Positions 1-8,209 of a DNA stretch of 64,000 nucleotides are shown piece after piece (positions within the stretch are counted from its first letter, which is position 1; each line of letters starts with the position of its first letter). The translations under genes were made by a program, and so were the position numbers. Origin of the DNA: an uncultured Gemmatimonadales bacterium (GTDB lineage: Bacteria > Gemmatimonadota > Gemmatimonadetes > Longimicrobiales > RSA9); assembly GCA_963783305.1 (NCBI GenBank), contig CAWAMW010000015.1, positions 352,001 to 416,000 on the forward strand, written 5' to 3'. The notes under the pieces are model-generated. The model saw only the letters and a program-made list of their open reading frames with translations, had not been told where the DNA came from and did no database searches.

Positions 1-44
1 GTGGGTTCCGTTGAGGTGGGTCTCACGACGCGAGCGCGGGGGTC

Positions 45-224
45 TCACGCCAGCGCATTGATATCCTGATTCTCGAGGATGCGCTCGCCGAGACACCCAG
101 GCAGAAGAAGCACGCGTCCACCTCGGCGAGGTCGGACGTCAAGTCCCGGAACTGCGTCCGCAACGCACTCGTGAAGCACGCCGTCGCCGGCCATCCCGGT
201 TGCACCGAGAATCAGGACCTTCAT
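45..224 (-). pseudogene. Heavily deleted NAD(P)-binding epimerase/Rossmann-fold pseudogene
   Basis: N-terminal MKVLILGATGMAGDGVLHEC, a middle piece DACFFCLGVS in another frame, and C-terminal RILENQDINALA-stop, all within 180 bp. Confidence 0.65.
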
Positions 225-304
225 TGTGGACTCATGAGGCGCTTTCGATACGGAGCGTTCGTACACGGTAGACGACTCGACGACTCCGATGGTTCAGGGC
301 CGGG

Positions 305-895
305 TCACGAGCCACTGTCTTCCTCTGGCACACCGCAGGGCAGCAGGTCGCATGGACTCAGATCGCGGCCCTCCCACCAGGTGTTCGGGTCCGTCACCGT
401 ATGTACGGAGAAGTGCAGGTGGGGGGTGCCCGCGTTGCCTGTCTGGCCAACATAGGCGACCACATCTCCCTGGCGCACCAGGTCTCCTGCCTTCACGCCC
501 GAGTGGTATCGCTGCAGGTGCCCATAGAAGTAGATGGTTCGTTGATCGAGATCGCGCTGGTAGAGTCCCAGTCCTCCCAGGGCGCTGGAATCGAGTGCGA
601 CGATCACGCCCGCGGCGGCGGCGACCACGGGAGTTCCCTCCGGAGCGTGAATATCGAGGCCTTTGTGGGCACGTCCGCCGGAGCGCGACGCGCCATAGGT
701 GTCGCTCAGCTCCGCGGCGCGAACACCCGCGACCGGAACGACAAGGCGACCCGAGGCCTCGGGTGACCGGAGTCCTTCACGCGCCGTGACCTCCACGACC
801 AGCGCCTTGTCCGCCACCGCCATATAGACAATGAGTCCGAGGGCCACCGTCACCTCGGCGAGGACGAAGTACAGGAGGATCCGGTTCACAGGCAA
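305..895 (-). CDS. M23 family metallopeptidase with N-terminal membrane anchor
   Basis: HKGLD (HxxxD), YGHL and PHLHF (HxH) motifs. Confidence 0.9.
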   Translation of the reverse strand: MPVNRILLYFVLAEVTVALGLIVYMAVADKALVVEVTAREGLRSPEASGRLVVPVAGVRAAELSDTYGASRSGGRAHKGLDIHAPEGTPVVAAAAGVIVALDSSALGGLGLYQRDLDQRTIYFYGHLQRYHSGVKAGDLVRQGDVVAYVGQTGNAGTPHLHFSVHTVTDPNTWWEGRDLSPCDLLPCGVPEEDSGS

Positions 896-947
896 ACGCG
901 CCCACCTCCCATCGGGACATCATGACAACCGTGCTTCGGAGGGCAGG

Positions 948-1063
948 CCAATGCAGAAAGCGACTCTGCCCCGGTCCATCATGCCGACCCGGAGCGCGGG
1001 CCGCCAGGCGAGTGCCGCCGGAGCCTCGCGGTCTACCCGGTCAGCAGCAATTCCTTGTCAGGT
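948..1063 (-). other. Decayed attC site
   Basis: On the minus strand: ACCTGAC (R''-like, overlaps the stop of the split gene), 5 bp, ATTGCTGC (L''), then GCAGAGT (L'-like); R' is degenerate. Confidence 0.4.
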
Positions 1064-1253
1064 GGCCCCCGCCGCCGGGTCTCGTCCGGTGGATCCGAAC
1101 ACCTTGTCGATCAGGTAGAGAGGCAGGAGGCCGAGGCCAAAGGCGACGATGTCCATCGCGTCGAACCGTCCCGAGAAGAGTCCCTCCGGCCAGTAGATCT
1201 GAGCCACCTCCGTAGCGCTGCTGGCGATGAAGAGAATGGCAGCAGCCCGTTCC
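1058..1253 (-). pseudogene. 3' half of split membrane-protein cassette gene (5' half at 3006-3294)
   Basis: Translates ERAAAILFIASSATEVAQIYWPEGLFSGRFDAMDIVAFGLGLLPLYLIDKVFGSTGRDPAAGAT-stop, continuing the 2935..3294 ORF. Confidence 0.8.
1183..1253. repeat. 71-bp exact direct repeat, copy 1 (copy 2 at 3006-3076)
   Basis: cctccggccagtagatct...gcagcccgttcc is identical at both positions. Confidence 0.97.
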
Positions 1254-1599
1254 CCTGCTACCAGCGTCCATGAAAGCGCCCGCCCACTAGACGGGCCGGC
1301 GCTGTCGATGAAGGGGCGTCGGTATGCGCCCCCGCCCCTTCTGCGTGCCCTCCTGTTGGGATCGTTCGGGAGCGACCTGCTGCTTCGGGGCCCGCATCAC
1401 CAGCGTGCGGGCCTGAGGGGCTGTAGCGCGGCGGCTCGACCTGTTGCGCGCACGCGACAGATTCCGCCGCCCGGCCGAGTCTTCCGGCACCGGCATAGCG
1501 GCCGTAACCCGTTGGGGCGCAATGGTGATGACGCATTACATGGCTACGCGGCCTCGTTCCTGTATCGAGGCTGTGTGAAGGAGAAAGATCCAATTCCGC

Positions 1600-2313
1600 A
1601 TGAGAGGTCGACACATGAGGGTTCGAAGCGCAGTCGCTGGTCTCGTTCTGCTGCTGGCGGCAGCACCGCTCGCGGCGCAGACGACATCGGTCAGCAACGT
1701 CCTGCATTCGGGTGTGGCGTTCAACGGCGTGTACGTGGGCTGGTACGAGGCGGACGTGCCGTACCTGGGCGGCCCCGGGACGGACGTCATCTGCGTGGAC
1801 TATACGCGGATCTCCAAGAACTACACGGCGTCGGTGACCGGCCTGGTGTCCGTGGCGGACGGGGGCGACTACAGCGAGACGCGGCAGGGTCCGCGGGGCG
1901 ACAAGACGATCCAGGGCACTACGTATAACCCGTTCGAGCGGTACTGGATGTCGGCTTGGCTCGCGACGAAGTTCCAGGGGATGTCAACTGGATCGGGCGG
2001 GGAGAACTGGGGAGTGCTGCACTACGCCATCTGGCGGACCGCGTCGGGTGACCCCCTGGCGACGATCGAGAGCGCGCTTCCCGGCTCGCTCTCCGGCGCG
2101 CAGGAAGGCGCGGTGGAAACGTGGATCACGGACGCGCGCATGGCGCTCGCGGGTGGCGACGACATCGGGCAGTGGGTGGTGCTCGGCGCGAACGGGCAGG
2201 ACGCGCAGGAGTACATGAGCCAGGTGCCGGAGCCGGCGGCCATGCTCCTCCTGCTCACGGGGCTCGGCGGCGTGATCGGCGCGGGCGCGGTGAGGCGGCG
2301 CCGCACTCCCTAA
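1600..2313 (+). CDS. PEP-CTERM sorting domain protein (start may be 1615)
   Basis: Signal peptide; C-terminal VPEP + hydrophobic helix + RRRR. Confidence 0.9.
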   Translation: MRGRHMRVRSAVAGLVLLLAAAPLAAQTTSVSNVLHSGVAFNGVYVGWYEADVPYLGGPGTDVICVDYTRISKNYTASVTGLVSVADGGDYSETRQGPRGDKTIQGTTYNPFERYWMSAWLATKFQGMSTGSGGENWGVLHYAIWRTASGDPLATIESALPGSLSGAQEGAVETWITDARMALAGGDDIGQWVVLGANGQDAQEYMSQVPEPAAMLLLLTGLGGVIGAGAVRRRRTP

Positions 2314-2430
2314 CGCTGTCGGCACCTCTCGACCACCCTCATGTTGGAACGGCGGGACCGCACCTCGGGTCCCGCCGTTCCTTTGGGCTCCATGCCCGCA
2401 CTCGAACCGGAATCCAGTCGAAGACGAACG

Positions 2431-2925
2431 ATGCCGAATCCCCTGAAGCGACTCACCGGCCCCGCCTACTTCATCCTGTGCCTCCTCTTCGTGTACCCGC
2501 TGGTGGACTGGGCGACGAACGTCTGGCCGATGAGCCCGAGCGCGTTCCAGTGGCGCTACGGCAGCATCGCGCTCCTCTCCGGATTCCTCCTGACGCCGAT
2601 GATCGGACTGCTTCTGCTGGAGGGCCTGGCCGTGGCGGCCGGCCACTTCCGGGTCGCGCGGGCCGGCGCGGTCGTGGCCGCGATCCTGGGCGTGGCACTC
2701 CTGCTGGCATGTGCCCTCTTCGGCCTTGACGCGATGCAGGTACGGGCGACGGTGCCGGCCGCGTCCATGGGCGCGTTCCAGATGGGGGCCGGACGCGCGC
2801 TCTTCAAGAACGCGCTCATGGGAGTGGGCTTCCTCTGGTTGGGCTGGGCCGGCTGGCGGGTCGCCGGGGATGCGGCGGCTGCGGCCGCCGCGAGGCGACC
2901 GGCGGGCGTGCTGACCCGGCCCTGA
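2431..2925 (+). CDS. Hypothetical integral membrane protein (about 4 TM)
   Basis: Hydrophobic ORF with high-GC codon usage; ATG at 2431. Confidence 0.75.
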   Translation: MPNPLKRLTGPAYFILCLLFVYPLVDWATNVWPMSPSAFQWRYGSIALLSGFLLTPMIGLLLLEGLAVAAGHFRVARAGAVVAAILGVALLLACALFGLDAMQVRATVPAASMGAFQMGAGRALFKNALMGVGFLWLGWAGWRVAGDAAAAAAARRPAGVLTRP

Positions 2926-3005
2926 CGCACGGCGTCAGCCGCCGGAGTCCCCGCCGGCGAAGTCGAGGGATAACAAATCCGATAGTGCGGCGCCCGGAAA
3001 CGGCG

Positions 3006-3076
3006 CCTCCGGCCAGTAGATCTGAGCCACCTCCGTAGCGCTGCTGGCGATGAAGAGAATGGCAGCAGCCCGTTCC
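3006..3076. repeat. 71-bp exact direct repeat, copy 2
   Basis: Identical to 1183-1253. Confidence 0.97.
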
Positions 3077-3294
3077 GGGGTCGCCCCCAGAAAGGCGTTC
3101 ACGCGATTCCGTTGCCGACGGCCGGGGAGACCTCGGAGCGTGATGTACAGCCAGGCAGGCACGACCAGATCGGCCAGGTGATTCGTTCCAAAGCCAGCGG
3201 CCGTCCCGGTCATGTTGAGAGCCGCAGCAACCACGAAGCCGGCCGCCAGAACCCAGTAGAGCACACGCCACACGGTCGAGACCGACACGGACAC
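3006..3294 (-). pseudogene. 5' part of split membrane-protein cassette gene (now reads into the insert and stops at 2935)
   Basis: Joining 3294-3006 to 1182-1058 gives an uninterrupted 414-nt, 137-aa hydrophobic ORF. Confidence 0.8.
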
Positions 3295-3330
3295 CCCTCC
3301 CGGATTTTGAAAAGAGGCCCGACCCCACGC

Positions 3331-3765
3331 TCACACGATGAACGGGATCAGAGCTTTCGTGGCTCCGACGTAGTCTCCGTAGTCCGCGTACTGTTCACGA
3401 AGAAGGCCCTCCTCCACAACGATGCGAACAATGGCAAACGCCGTCACAACAACCCCAACCACCACCGACCACACGGAGAGATGCGTGACGATCCCCGTCC
3501 AAATGAGAATGAGGGCAGCCGAGTACATCGGGTGCCGGACGTATCGATAGGGCCCCTGTCGGATCAAGCCGTCTCCGCTGGGGATCGCGGCCGTGCGAAA
3601 TGCCCCCCGAGGAAACGAACGACGGGCCCACACGGAGAGACCCACCACCAGGGCCTGGATTGCCAGAGGCAGGGGTGACAGGGAGAACAGGTTGCCCGAA
3701 AGACCCAGCGCCAGCAACGATACGACGACAACGGCGAGCGACATCCTGGAGATGATCTTTAGCAT
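3331..3765 (-). CDS. Isoprenylcysteine carboxyl methyltransferase (ICMT/Ste14) family membrane protein, cassette gene
   Basis: GPYRYVRHPMY, EEGLL..Y..Y and terminal LIPFIV motifs; starts just after the attC core at 3801. Confidence 0.88.
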   Translation of the reverse strand: MLKIISRMSLAVVVVSLLALGLSGNLFSLSPLPLAIQALVVGLSVWARRSFPRGAFRTAAIPSGDGLIRQGPYRYVRHPMYSAALILIWTGIVTHLSVWSVVVGVVVTAFAIVRIVVEEGLLREQYADYGDYVGATKALIPFIV

Positions 3766-3794
3766 GACGTGCTCCGGGCCTGTATGGGAACGCT

Positions 3795-3914
3795 TCCTAA
3801 CGCACTGGAATTAAGCTGCGGCCCTCCCAAGCGAAGGTACTTCCGCCCTTCTTTACCTCTCCAGGCGTGTGTACGCCAGCCTTACCTGCCGACAGCATCA
3901 ACTCCTCGGCATGC
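3795..3914 (-). other. attC site (120 bp), R'' degenerate
   Basis: Minus strand GCATGCC-GAGGA-GTTGATGC...GCTTAAT-TCCAGTGC-GTTAGGA; same length as 5650-5769 and with similar ends. Confidence 0.75.
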
Positions 3915-3952
3915 ACACTGTGGCAGAACCCTCTCAGAATGGAGCAGGCTCC

Positions 3953-4291
3953 ATGAGTAAGCCGACCGGAACCAGTGAGATCGAGTTCAACCGGCAGAAC
4001 GAGCAAGCCGTTCGAGCGGCTCGCGAAGCCGATCAGGTAGAGCCGCGAGCCACGTCTGTGACCTACGGTCCTGACCAGGCCCTTGTTCTCGCTCATCTCC
4101 GGAGCGGTTTCGCTTTCGGCTTTCCACCCGAGCGGATCCCAGGTCTCGGAAAAGCAACCAGGAAGCAGCTCTCGAACGTCCGCATCGCTCCGAGTGGCGA
4201 CGGCCTCCATTGGGACGACAACGGCGTCGATGCGTCCCTTCAATCTCCCGCAACGCAGAGTCCACACGCCCGCTGGTTCATTTCCGCCTGA
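3953..4291 (+). pseudogene. DUF2442-domain protein, 3'-truncated near 4242
   Basis: IPGL...QLSNVRIAPSGDGLHWDD.GVD pattern; sequence after VDASL belongs to the antisense HEPN remnant. Confidence 0.65.
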
Positions 4292-4575
4292 GTCGTCGGA
4301 ACGCCCTCGGGATACAGATGGGGATCCAAGACCTTCGCCGATGACGCTAGGAAGCGCGAGGCCGCGGTCAGCCACCGCGACACGCTGGCGGGCTCAAGTA
4401 ACAGATCGGCGGCGGCTTCATGCGCGATGATGTTCCGCGTTTCGTACAGGGAACGGAGGCCTTCCATATCCCCCGAAGAGTCGAACCGAACCCGACCGTC
4501 CTTGATTAGGCGGTCGGCTCGTCCAAGAAACGGTTCGCCAGAGTCAAGCAACTCGCGAAGGACGATGATGCAGGG
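4240..4575 (-). pseudogene. Internal fragment of a HEPN-domain protein with the start of an LprI/DUF1311-like segment
   Basis: RNIIAH (Rx4H) motif and TTQAEMNQ; the frame starts right after the stop of 4576..4764 with no clear start of its own. Confidence 0.55.
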
Positions 4576-4764
4576 TCAAAGCCCTTTTTGCTTCCAAACC
4601 GCGAGGGCTACCGCGACTCCGATCGCAGGACCTAGCGCAAGGCCAAGAGCCGTGTTCCCGAATGAGGCACCCAGAGCCACACCGACACCCGCACCAAGAG
4701 CCAAGCCAAGCGCAATGCAATAGTTGCGTCCTCTTTTCTCGCGATCCTCATTCGACATATACAT
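4576..4764 (-). CDS. Small glycine-zipper-like membrane protein, cassette gene
   Basis: GLALGAGVGVALG...GLALGPAIG; GGGAGA RBS; follows the attC core at 4799. Confidence 0.7.
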   Translation of the reverse strand: MYMSNEDREKRGRNYCIALGLALGAGVGVALGASFGNTALGLALGPAIGVAVALAVWKQKGL

Positions 4765-4792
4765 TCTCCCAAAGAGATCGACATATCCTGCC

Positions 4793-4858
4793 GCCTAACG
4801 CGCTGGGCGTAAGCTGCGGCGCGCGAAGGGCGCTGACAGGTTCACGCCCTCGTTATGA
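4793..4858 (-). other. attC site (66 bp)
   Basis: Minus strand TCATAAC-GAGGG-CGTGAACC...GCTTACG-CCCAGCGC-GTTAGGC. Confidence 0.9.
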
Positions 4859-4954
4859 CTCTCTGCTGTTCCTTTGAATTGCGGTCAGGTAGAGCGATAC
4901 GACCGACAGCCAGAGTTCCCCACCGACCAGTCGCCTCGACCCGTGCGCTCGTGC

Positions 4955-4993
4955 TTGACCAGAGGCATCGGCGTGATTACGTTTGTTATAACA
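4955..4993 (+). promoter_or_regulatory. Sigma70-like promoter with operator palindrome for the AbrB-Doc TA pair
   Basis: TTGACC-17bp-TACGTT, then the palindrome TGTTATAACA (4984-4993) and a GGAGG RBS. Confidence 0.65.
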
Positions 4994-5003
4994 GGAGGCT
5001 GCC

Positions 5004-5231
5004 ATGTCCAAGGAAACTAAGATCCGCGCCATCGGGAACTCCGCTGGCACTACCATTCCAAAAGCTATGCTCGAACGGTACCGCATGGCCGAGGGAGACC
5101 GCATCCACCTCGTGGAGATGGACGACGGGATCCTCATCACTCCGTTCGATCCCGCCTTCGCGGAAGCCATGGCCCTCTATGACGAGGGTGCGAAGCAGTA
5201 CCGCAATGCCATGCGTGAGCTCGCCGAGTGA
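5004..5231 (+). CDS. AbrB/MazE/SpoVT family antitoxin
   Basis: KIRAIGNSAGTTIPK motif; GTGA overlap with doc. Confidence 0.9.
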   Translation: MSKETKIRAIGNSAGTTIPKAMLERYRMAEGDRIHLVEMDDGILITPFDPAFAEAMALYDEGAKQYRNAMRELAE

Positions 5232-5617
5232 AGGAGCCAAGGTGGCTCAACGCCACCATGGTCCGGGCGCTCCACACAAGTCAGGTCCAGGAGCATGGCG
5301 GAGCTTTGGGTCTGAGAGATGAAGGACTCCTCGAGTCAGCGGTGGACCGACCGCGAAATCAGTTTCAGTACGAACCCGGGACCGATCTAATTGAGCTCGC
5401 GGCGGCCTACGGGTTCGGTCTTGCTCGGAACCATCCCTTCGTCGATGGCAACAAGCGGGTCTCCTTCCAGGCGATGTACGTCTTCCTTGGATTGAACGGC
5501 CTGCGCATCGACGCGGAGGAACCGGAAGTGGTGCGCCTCATCCTCGACTTGGCCGCTGGCGACCTGCAAGAGCCTCAGGTAGCCGAGTGGCTTCGAGAAC
5601 ACACTACCGCCCGTTAG
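5228..5617 (+). CDS. doc: Death-on-curing (Doc/Fic) toxin
   Basis: HPFVDGNKR motif; GLRDEGLLESA. Confidence 0.93.
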   Translation: MKEPRWLNATMVRALHTSQVQEHGGALGLRDEGLLESAVDRPRNQFQYEPGTDLIELAAAYGFGLARNHPFVDGNKRVSFQAMYVFLGLNGLRIDAEEPEVVRLILDLAAGDLQEPQVAEWLREHTTAR

Positions 5618-5649
5618 ACGTGCCTTCCCCACCACCTTCTACTCCAGCG

Positions 5650-5769
5650 TCATGACGCACTGGAGATCAGCTGCGGCCCCTCCAAGTGCGGCGCCACAGC
5701 CCCGTCTGCACCCTTCGAACCGCATCTCCGCCAGACCCGCACGCCGCCAGCTTCATCTCCTCGTTGGAA
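5650..5769 (-). other. attC site (120 bp) with R' core changed to GTC
   Basis: Minus strand TTCCAAC-GAGGA-GATGAAGC...GCTGATC-TCCAGTGC-GTCATGA. Confidence 0.82.
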
Positions 5770-5794
5770 CGCATTCGCTTCCTCTACACAGCTA

Positions 5795-5823
5795 TTGACC
5801 TACCGTAGGGGCATGCGTATCGT
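5795..5823 (+). promoter_or_regulatory. Sigma70-like promoter of the PIN TA cassette
   Basis: TTGACC-17bp-TATCGT about 30 bp upstream of the ATG at 5854. Confidence 0.65.
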
Positions 5824-5853
5824 TCTGTAGCGGCAATGCGCACTGGAGGCCTC

Positions 5854-6096
5854 ATGCCCAAAAAACGACTCAACATCACGCTAGATCACGAGACTGCTGA
5901 ACGCGCCCGACGCTACACCAAGCGTCACAAGACCAGCATTTCCCGGCTCGTTGGCGAGTTCCTATCTAAACTCCCTGACGACAAGGAGAAGGACTCAGAG
6001 CTGACTCCCACTGTTAAGCGCTTGCGCGGTATAGCCGACGGAGGTCCAGCCCGCGAGGAGTACCGCCGCCACCTTCTCGAAAAGTACGGCTCGTGA
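5854..6096 (+). CDS. DUF6364-like (RHH) antitoxin
   Basis: KRLNITLD...SISRLV...LTPTVKRLRG...LLEKY; GGAGG RBS; overlaps the PIN gene. Confidence 0.8.
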   Translation: MPKKRLNITLDHETAERARRYTKRHKTSISRLVGEFLSKLPDDKEKDSELTPTVKRLRGIADGGPAREEYRRHLLEKYGS

Positions 6097-6500
6097 AGCT
6101 ACTCCTGGACATCAACATCATCCTCGACGTGCTGCTCGATCGCGAGCCGTGGAGTGATGCAGCGTCGCGCCTGCTCTCTGCCATCGAGTCCAACAAGGCA
6201 GAAGGCTTCGTAGCTCCTCATACCCTTCCGACCATCTACTACGTCATCGCTCAGAGCCAGGATCGGAAGATCGCCAGGACCGCGGCGACTGATCTCCTTC
6301 GCATCCTCGACGTGGTCCCGATCACCAGGGCCGACTTTCAGCGAGCGCTCGAGTTATCCATGAGCGACTACGAGGACGCAGTACAGGCGGCCGCTGCTCT
6401 CACGATCGGTGCTGACTACCTCGTAACACGCAACGAAAAAGACTTCCGAGCGGCTCCCGTTCCCACAGCCGACGCCCCCACGGTCCTGGCTCTCCTCTAG
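6093..6500 (+). CDS. PIN-domain (VapC-like) toxin
   Basis: LLDINIILD, DYEDA and LVTRNEKDF acidic PIN motifs. Confidence 0.92.
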   Translation: MKLLLDINIILDVLLDREPWSDAASRLLSAIESNKAEGFVAPHTLPTIYYVIAQSQDRKIARTAATDLLRILDVVPITRADFQRALELSMSDYEDAVQAAAALTIGADYLVTRNEKDFRAAPVPTADAPTVLALL

Positions 6501-6589
6501 ACTCATCCTTCAGCGCTACGACGAGAGCTGGCCGCCACTTCCTGAGATATCCCACAGTTCTACAGCACGGCCGTCGCTCATTTCATGCG

Positions 6590-6655
6590 TTCTAACGCAC
6601 TGGGCGTAACCTGCGGCGCGCGAAGCGCGCTGACAGGTTCACGCCCTCGTTAGAA
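6590..6655 (-). other. attC site (66 bp)
   Basis: Minus strand TTCTAAC-GAGGG-CGT(G)AACC...GGTTACG-CCCAGTGC-GTTAGAA; L'' has one extra base. Confidence 0.93.
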
Positions 6656-6669
6656 CGCGGGCCTGCTAC

Positions 6670-7002
6670 CTATGCCGATTCCCGTTCTGCCTTTGACCGC
6701 CGATGCCGATACCGCGGGATCTGCTTGATTTCCTTCTGCTCTTGCTGCTGAGCATGGTACAGATCCCACCGCATCTGACCATTCAGCCAGAACCCACTCG
6801 TCGTTCCAAAGAATTGCGCGAGCCGTAGCGCTGTGCTCGGCGTGACTCCTCGGCGCTCGTTTACGATCTCATTCACGCGCTGATACGGAACTCCGATCGC
6901 ATCCGCCAGTTCGCGCTGAGTGAGCTCCATCGGCTTCAGGAACTCCTCGAGAAGCATCTCTCCAGGGTGGGTAGGGGCTCGGTCCGTGGGTACGCGTACC
7001 AT
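6670..7002 (-). CDS. higA: HigA family antitoxin (HTH)
   Basis: PTHPGEMLLEEFL...ALRLAQFFGTTSGFWLNGQ. Confidence 0.93.
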   Translation of the reverse strand: MVRVPTDRAPTHPGEMLLEEFLKPMELTQRELADAIGVPYQRVNEIVNERRGVTPSTALRLAQFFGTTSGFWLNGQMRWDLYHAQQQEQKEIKQIPRYRHRRSKAERESA

Positions 7003-7010
7003 AGGTATCC

Positions 7011-7304
7011 TCAGTGATAATCCACTACTTCAACGTCGTCAGCCCCACGATCAGACCAGACGAAGCAGATCCGGTACTGATCGTTGATCCGAATACTGTG
7101 CTGTCCCGCCCGATCTCCTTTGAGACCCTCCAATCGGTTCCCCGGGGGGACCCGTAGGTCCTCCAGCGCCTCCGCTTGATCAATGGCGTCCAGCTTCCGA
7201 CGTCCTCTTCTCCAGAGTTCGCTCAGGAGCCGCTGCCGAACGGCCTTCGCGTCCACTCCGTTAAAGAGGTCTTCTGTCGCCTTGTCAGAGAACGATCTGA
7301 TCAC
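7011..7304 (-). CDS. higB: HigB (RelE/ParE superfamily) toxin
   Basis: IRSF.DK.TEDLF, DLRVPPGNRLE.LKGDR.GQHSIRINDQYRICF, VDYH. Confidence 0.93.
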   Translation of the reverse strand: MIRSFSDKATEDLFNGVDAKAVRQRLLSELWRRGRRKLDAIDQAEALEDLRVPPGNRLEGLKGDRAGQHSIRINDQYRICFVWSDRGADDVEVVDYH

Positions 7305-7310
7305 AACAAC

Positions 7311-7339
7311 ATGATAACACGGATACCATGCTACTCCAA
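7311..7339 (-). promoter_or_regulatory. higBA promoter, probably giving a leaderless mRNA
   Basis: Minus strand TTGGAG-17bp-TATCAT; the GTG start lies 7 nt downstream of the -10 with no RBS. Confidence 0.55.
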
Positions 7340-7369
7340 CGCTTCCATTTTCTGCGCTCTACTACCGCG

Positions 7370-7435
7370 CTCTAACGCCCTGGCGTTCACCTGCGGCGCG
7401 CGCAGCGCGCTGTCAGGTGCAACGCCTCGTTAGAC
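7370..7435 (-). other. attC site (66 bp)
   Basis: Minus strand GTCTAAC-GAGGC-GTT(G)CACC...GGTGAAC-GCCAGGGC-GTTAGAG. Confidence 0.93.
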
Positions 7436-7444
7436 AGCGCATCT

Positions 7445-8188
7445 TCAATCCTCCAACACATCAGCCCAAAACTCATCCGTAGCTGCGCTGCACTTCAGGT
7501 GCAATGTGCACACTAAACTCACCTCGAAGGGCTCAATCCGCTTCTGGAGCCCTTCCAAGCTTCTTCTCGCCTCAGCGGCATCTACAGAAAAACGGCCAAG
7601 GGCGGGTCGAAAGCCGCTGATCCATGTTTTCGCGATTGCATCCCCTGCGAACAGAGTACCGCGATACAGGTAGGCCGCACTTCCTGCCGTATGCCCCGGC
7701 ACGAGGAACGCCCGCAACGTATCACGACCAAACGCGAACAGCGTATCCGACGAAAAAGTACGTACCTGAACTTCGTCAGGAGACGGCAGGTCGCTCCCAT
7801 TGATCTTCTCCGCCAAAGATGGCAACCACCCTCCGTGCGCCTCTCTTCCGAATAGCAACTCCGCTTCGGCCGCCGCCACGTAAAAAGGCGCATGTCGAAC
7901 GCTCCTCCACGCCCCCAGATGATCTCGATGGGAGTGCGTCAGAAAGACCGCGATCACGTCATCCGTAGTAGCCCCCAGTTGCTTCAACCCCTCGGCAAGA
8001 GCTTCATCCGCTCCCCACCACCCCAAGTCGATCAGTACGACGCCGCCTTCCACACGATGGAAAAAGATCGCGCTACGGTTTAGGCCACCGGTCGAGACGA
8101 CCAACGAGTGAGGCGGTGCTTGTAGAGTAGGCGGCACGTGCAGTGCACATCCAGAAACAACCAACAACAGAAGCATGAAGCCACGCAT
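7445..8188 (-). CDS. MBL-fold metallo-hydrolase, predicted lipoprotein; first cassette
   Basis: THSHRDH, PGHT and AGD motifs; VSGC lipobox-like signal. Confidence 0.88.
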   Translation of the reverse strand: MRGFMLLLLVVSGCALHVPPTLQAPPHSLVVSTGGLNRSAIFFHRVEGGVVLIDLGWWGADEALAEGLKQLGATTDDVIAVFLTHSHRDHLGAWRSVRHAPFYVAAAEAELLFGREAHGGWLPSLAEKINGSDLPSPDEVQVRTFSSDTLFAFGRDTLRAFLVPGHTAGSAAYLYRGTLFAGDAIAKTWISGFRPALGRFSVDAAEARRSLEGLQKRIEPFEVSLVCTLHLKCSAATDEFWADVLED

Positions 8189-8209
8189 CGATATTTCCTA
8201 CCTAGTTGG

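Noticed and set aside
1430..1600. Sigma54 promoter/enhancer upstream of the PEP-CTERM gene
   Set aside because: A TGT-N12-ACA is present, but there is no convincing GG-N10-GC element
1183..3076. 71-bp repeat as a DGR template/variable repeat pair
   Set aside because: The copies are identical with no adenine-specific changes, and no reverse transcriptase is present
3795..7435. attC repeats read as CRISPR repeats or simple terminators
   Set aside because: They are spaced by whole genes and show R/L box geometry with an extra L'' base
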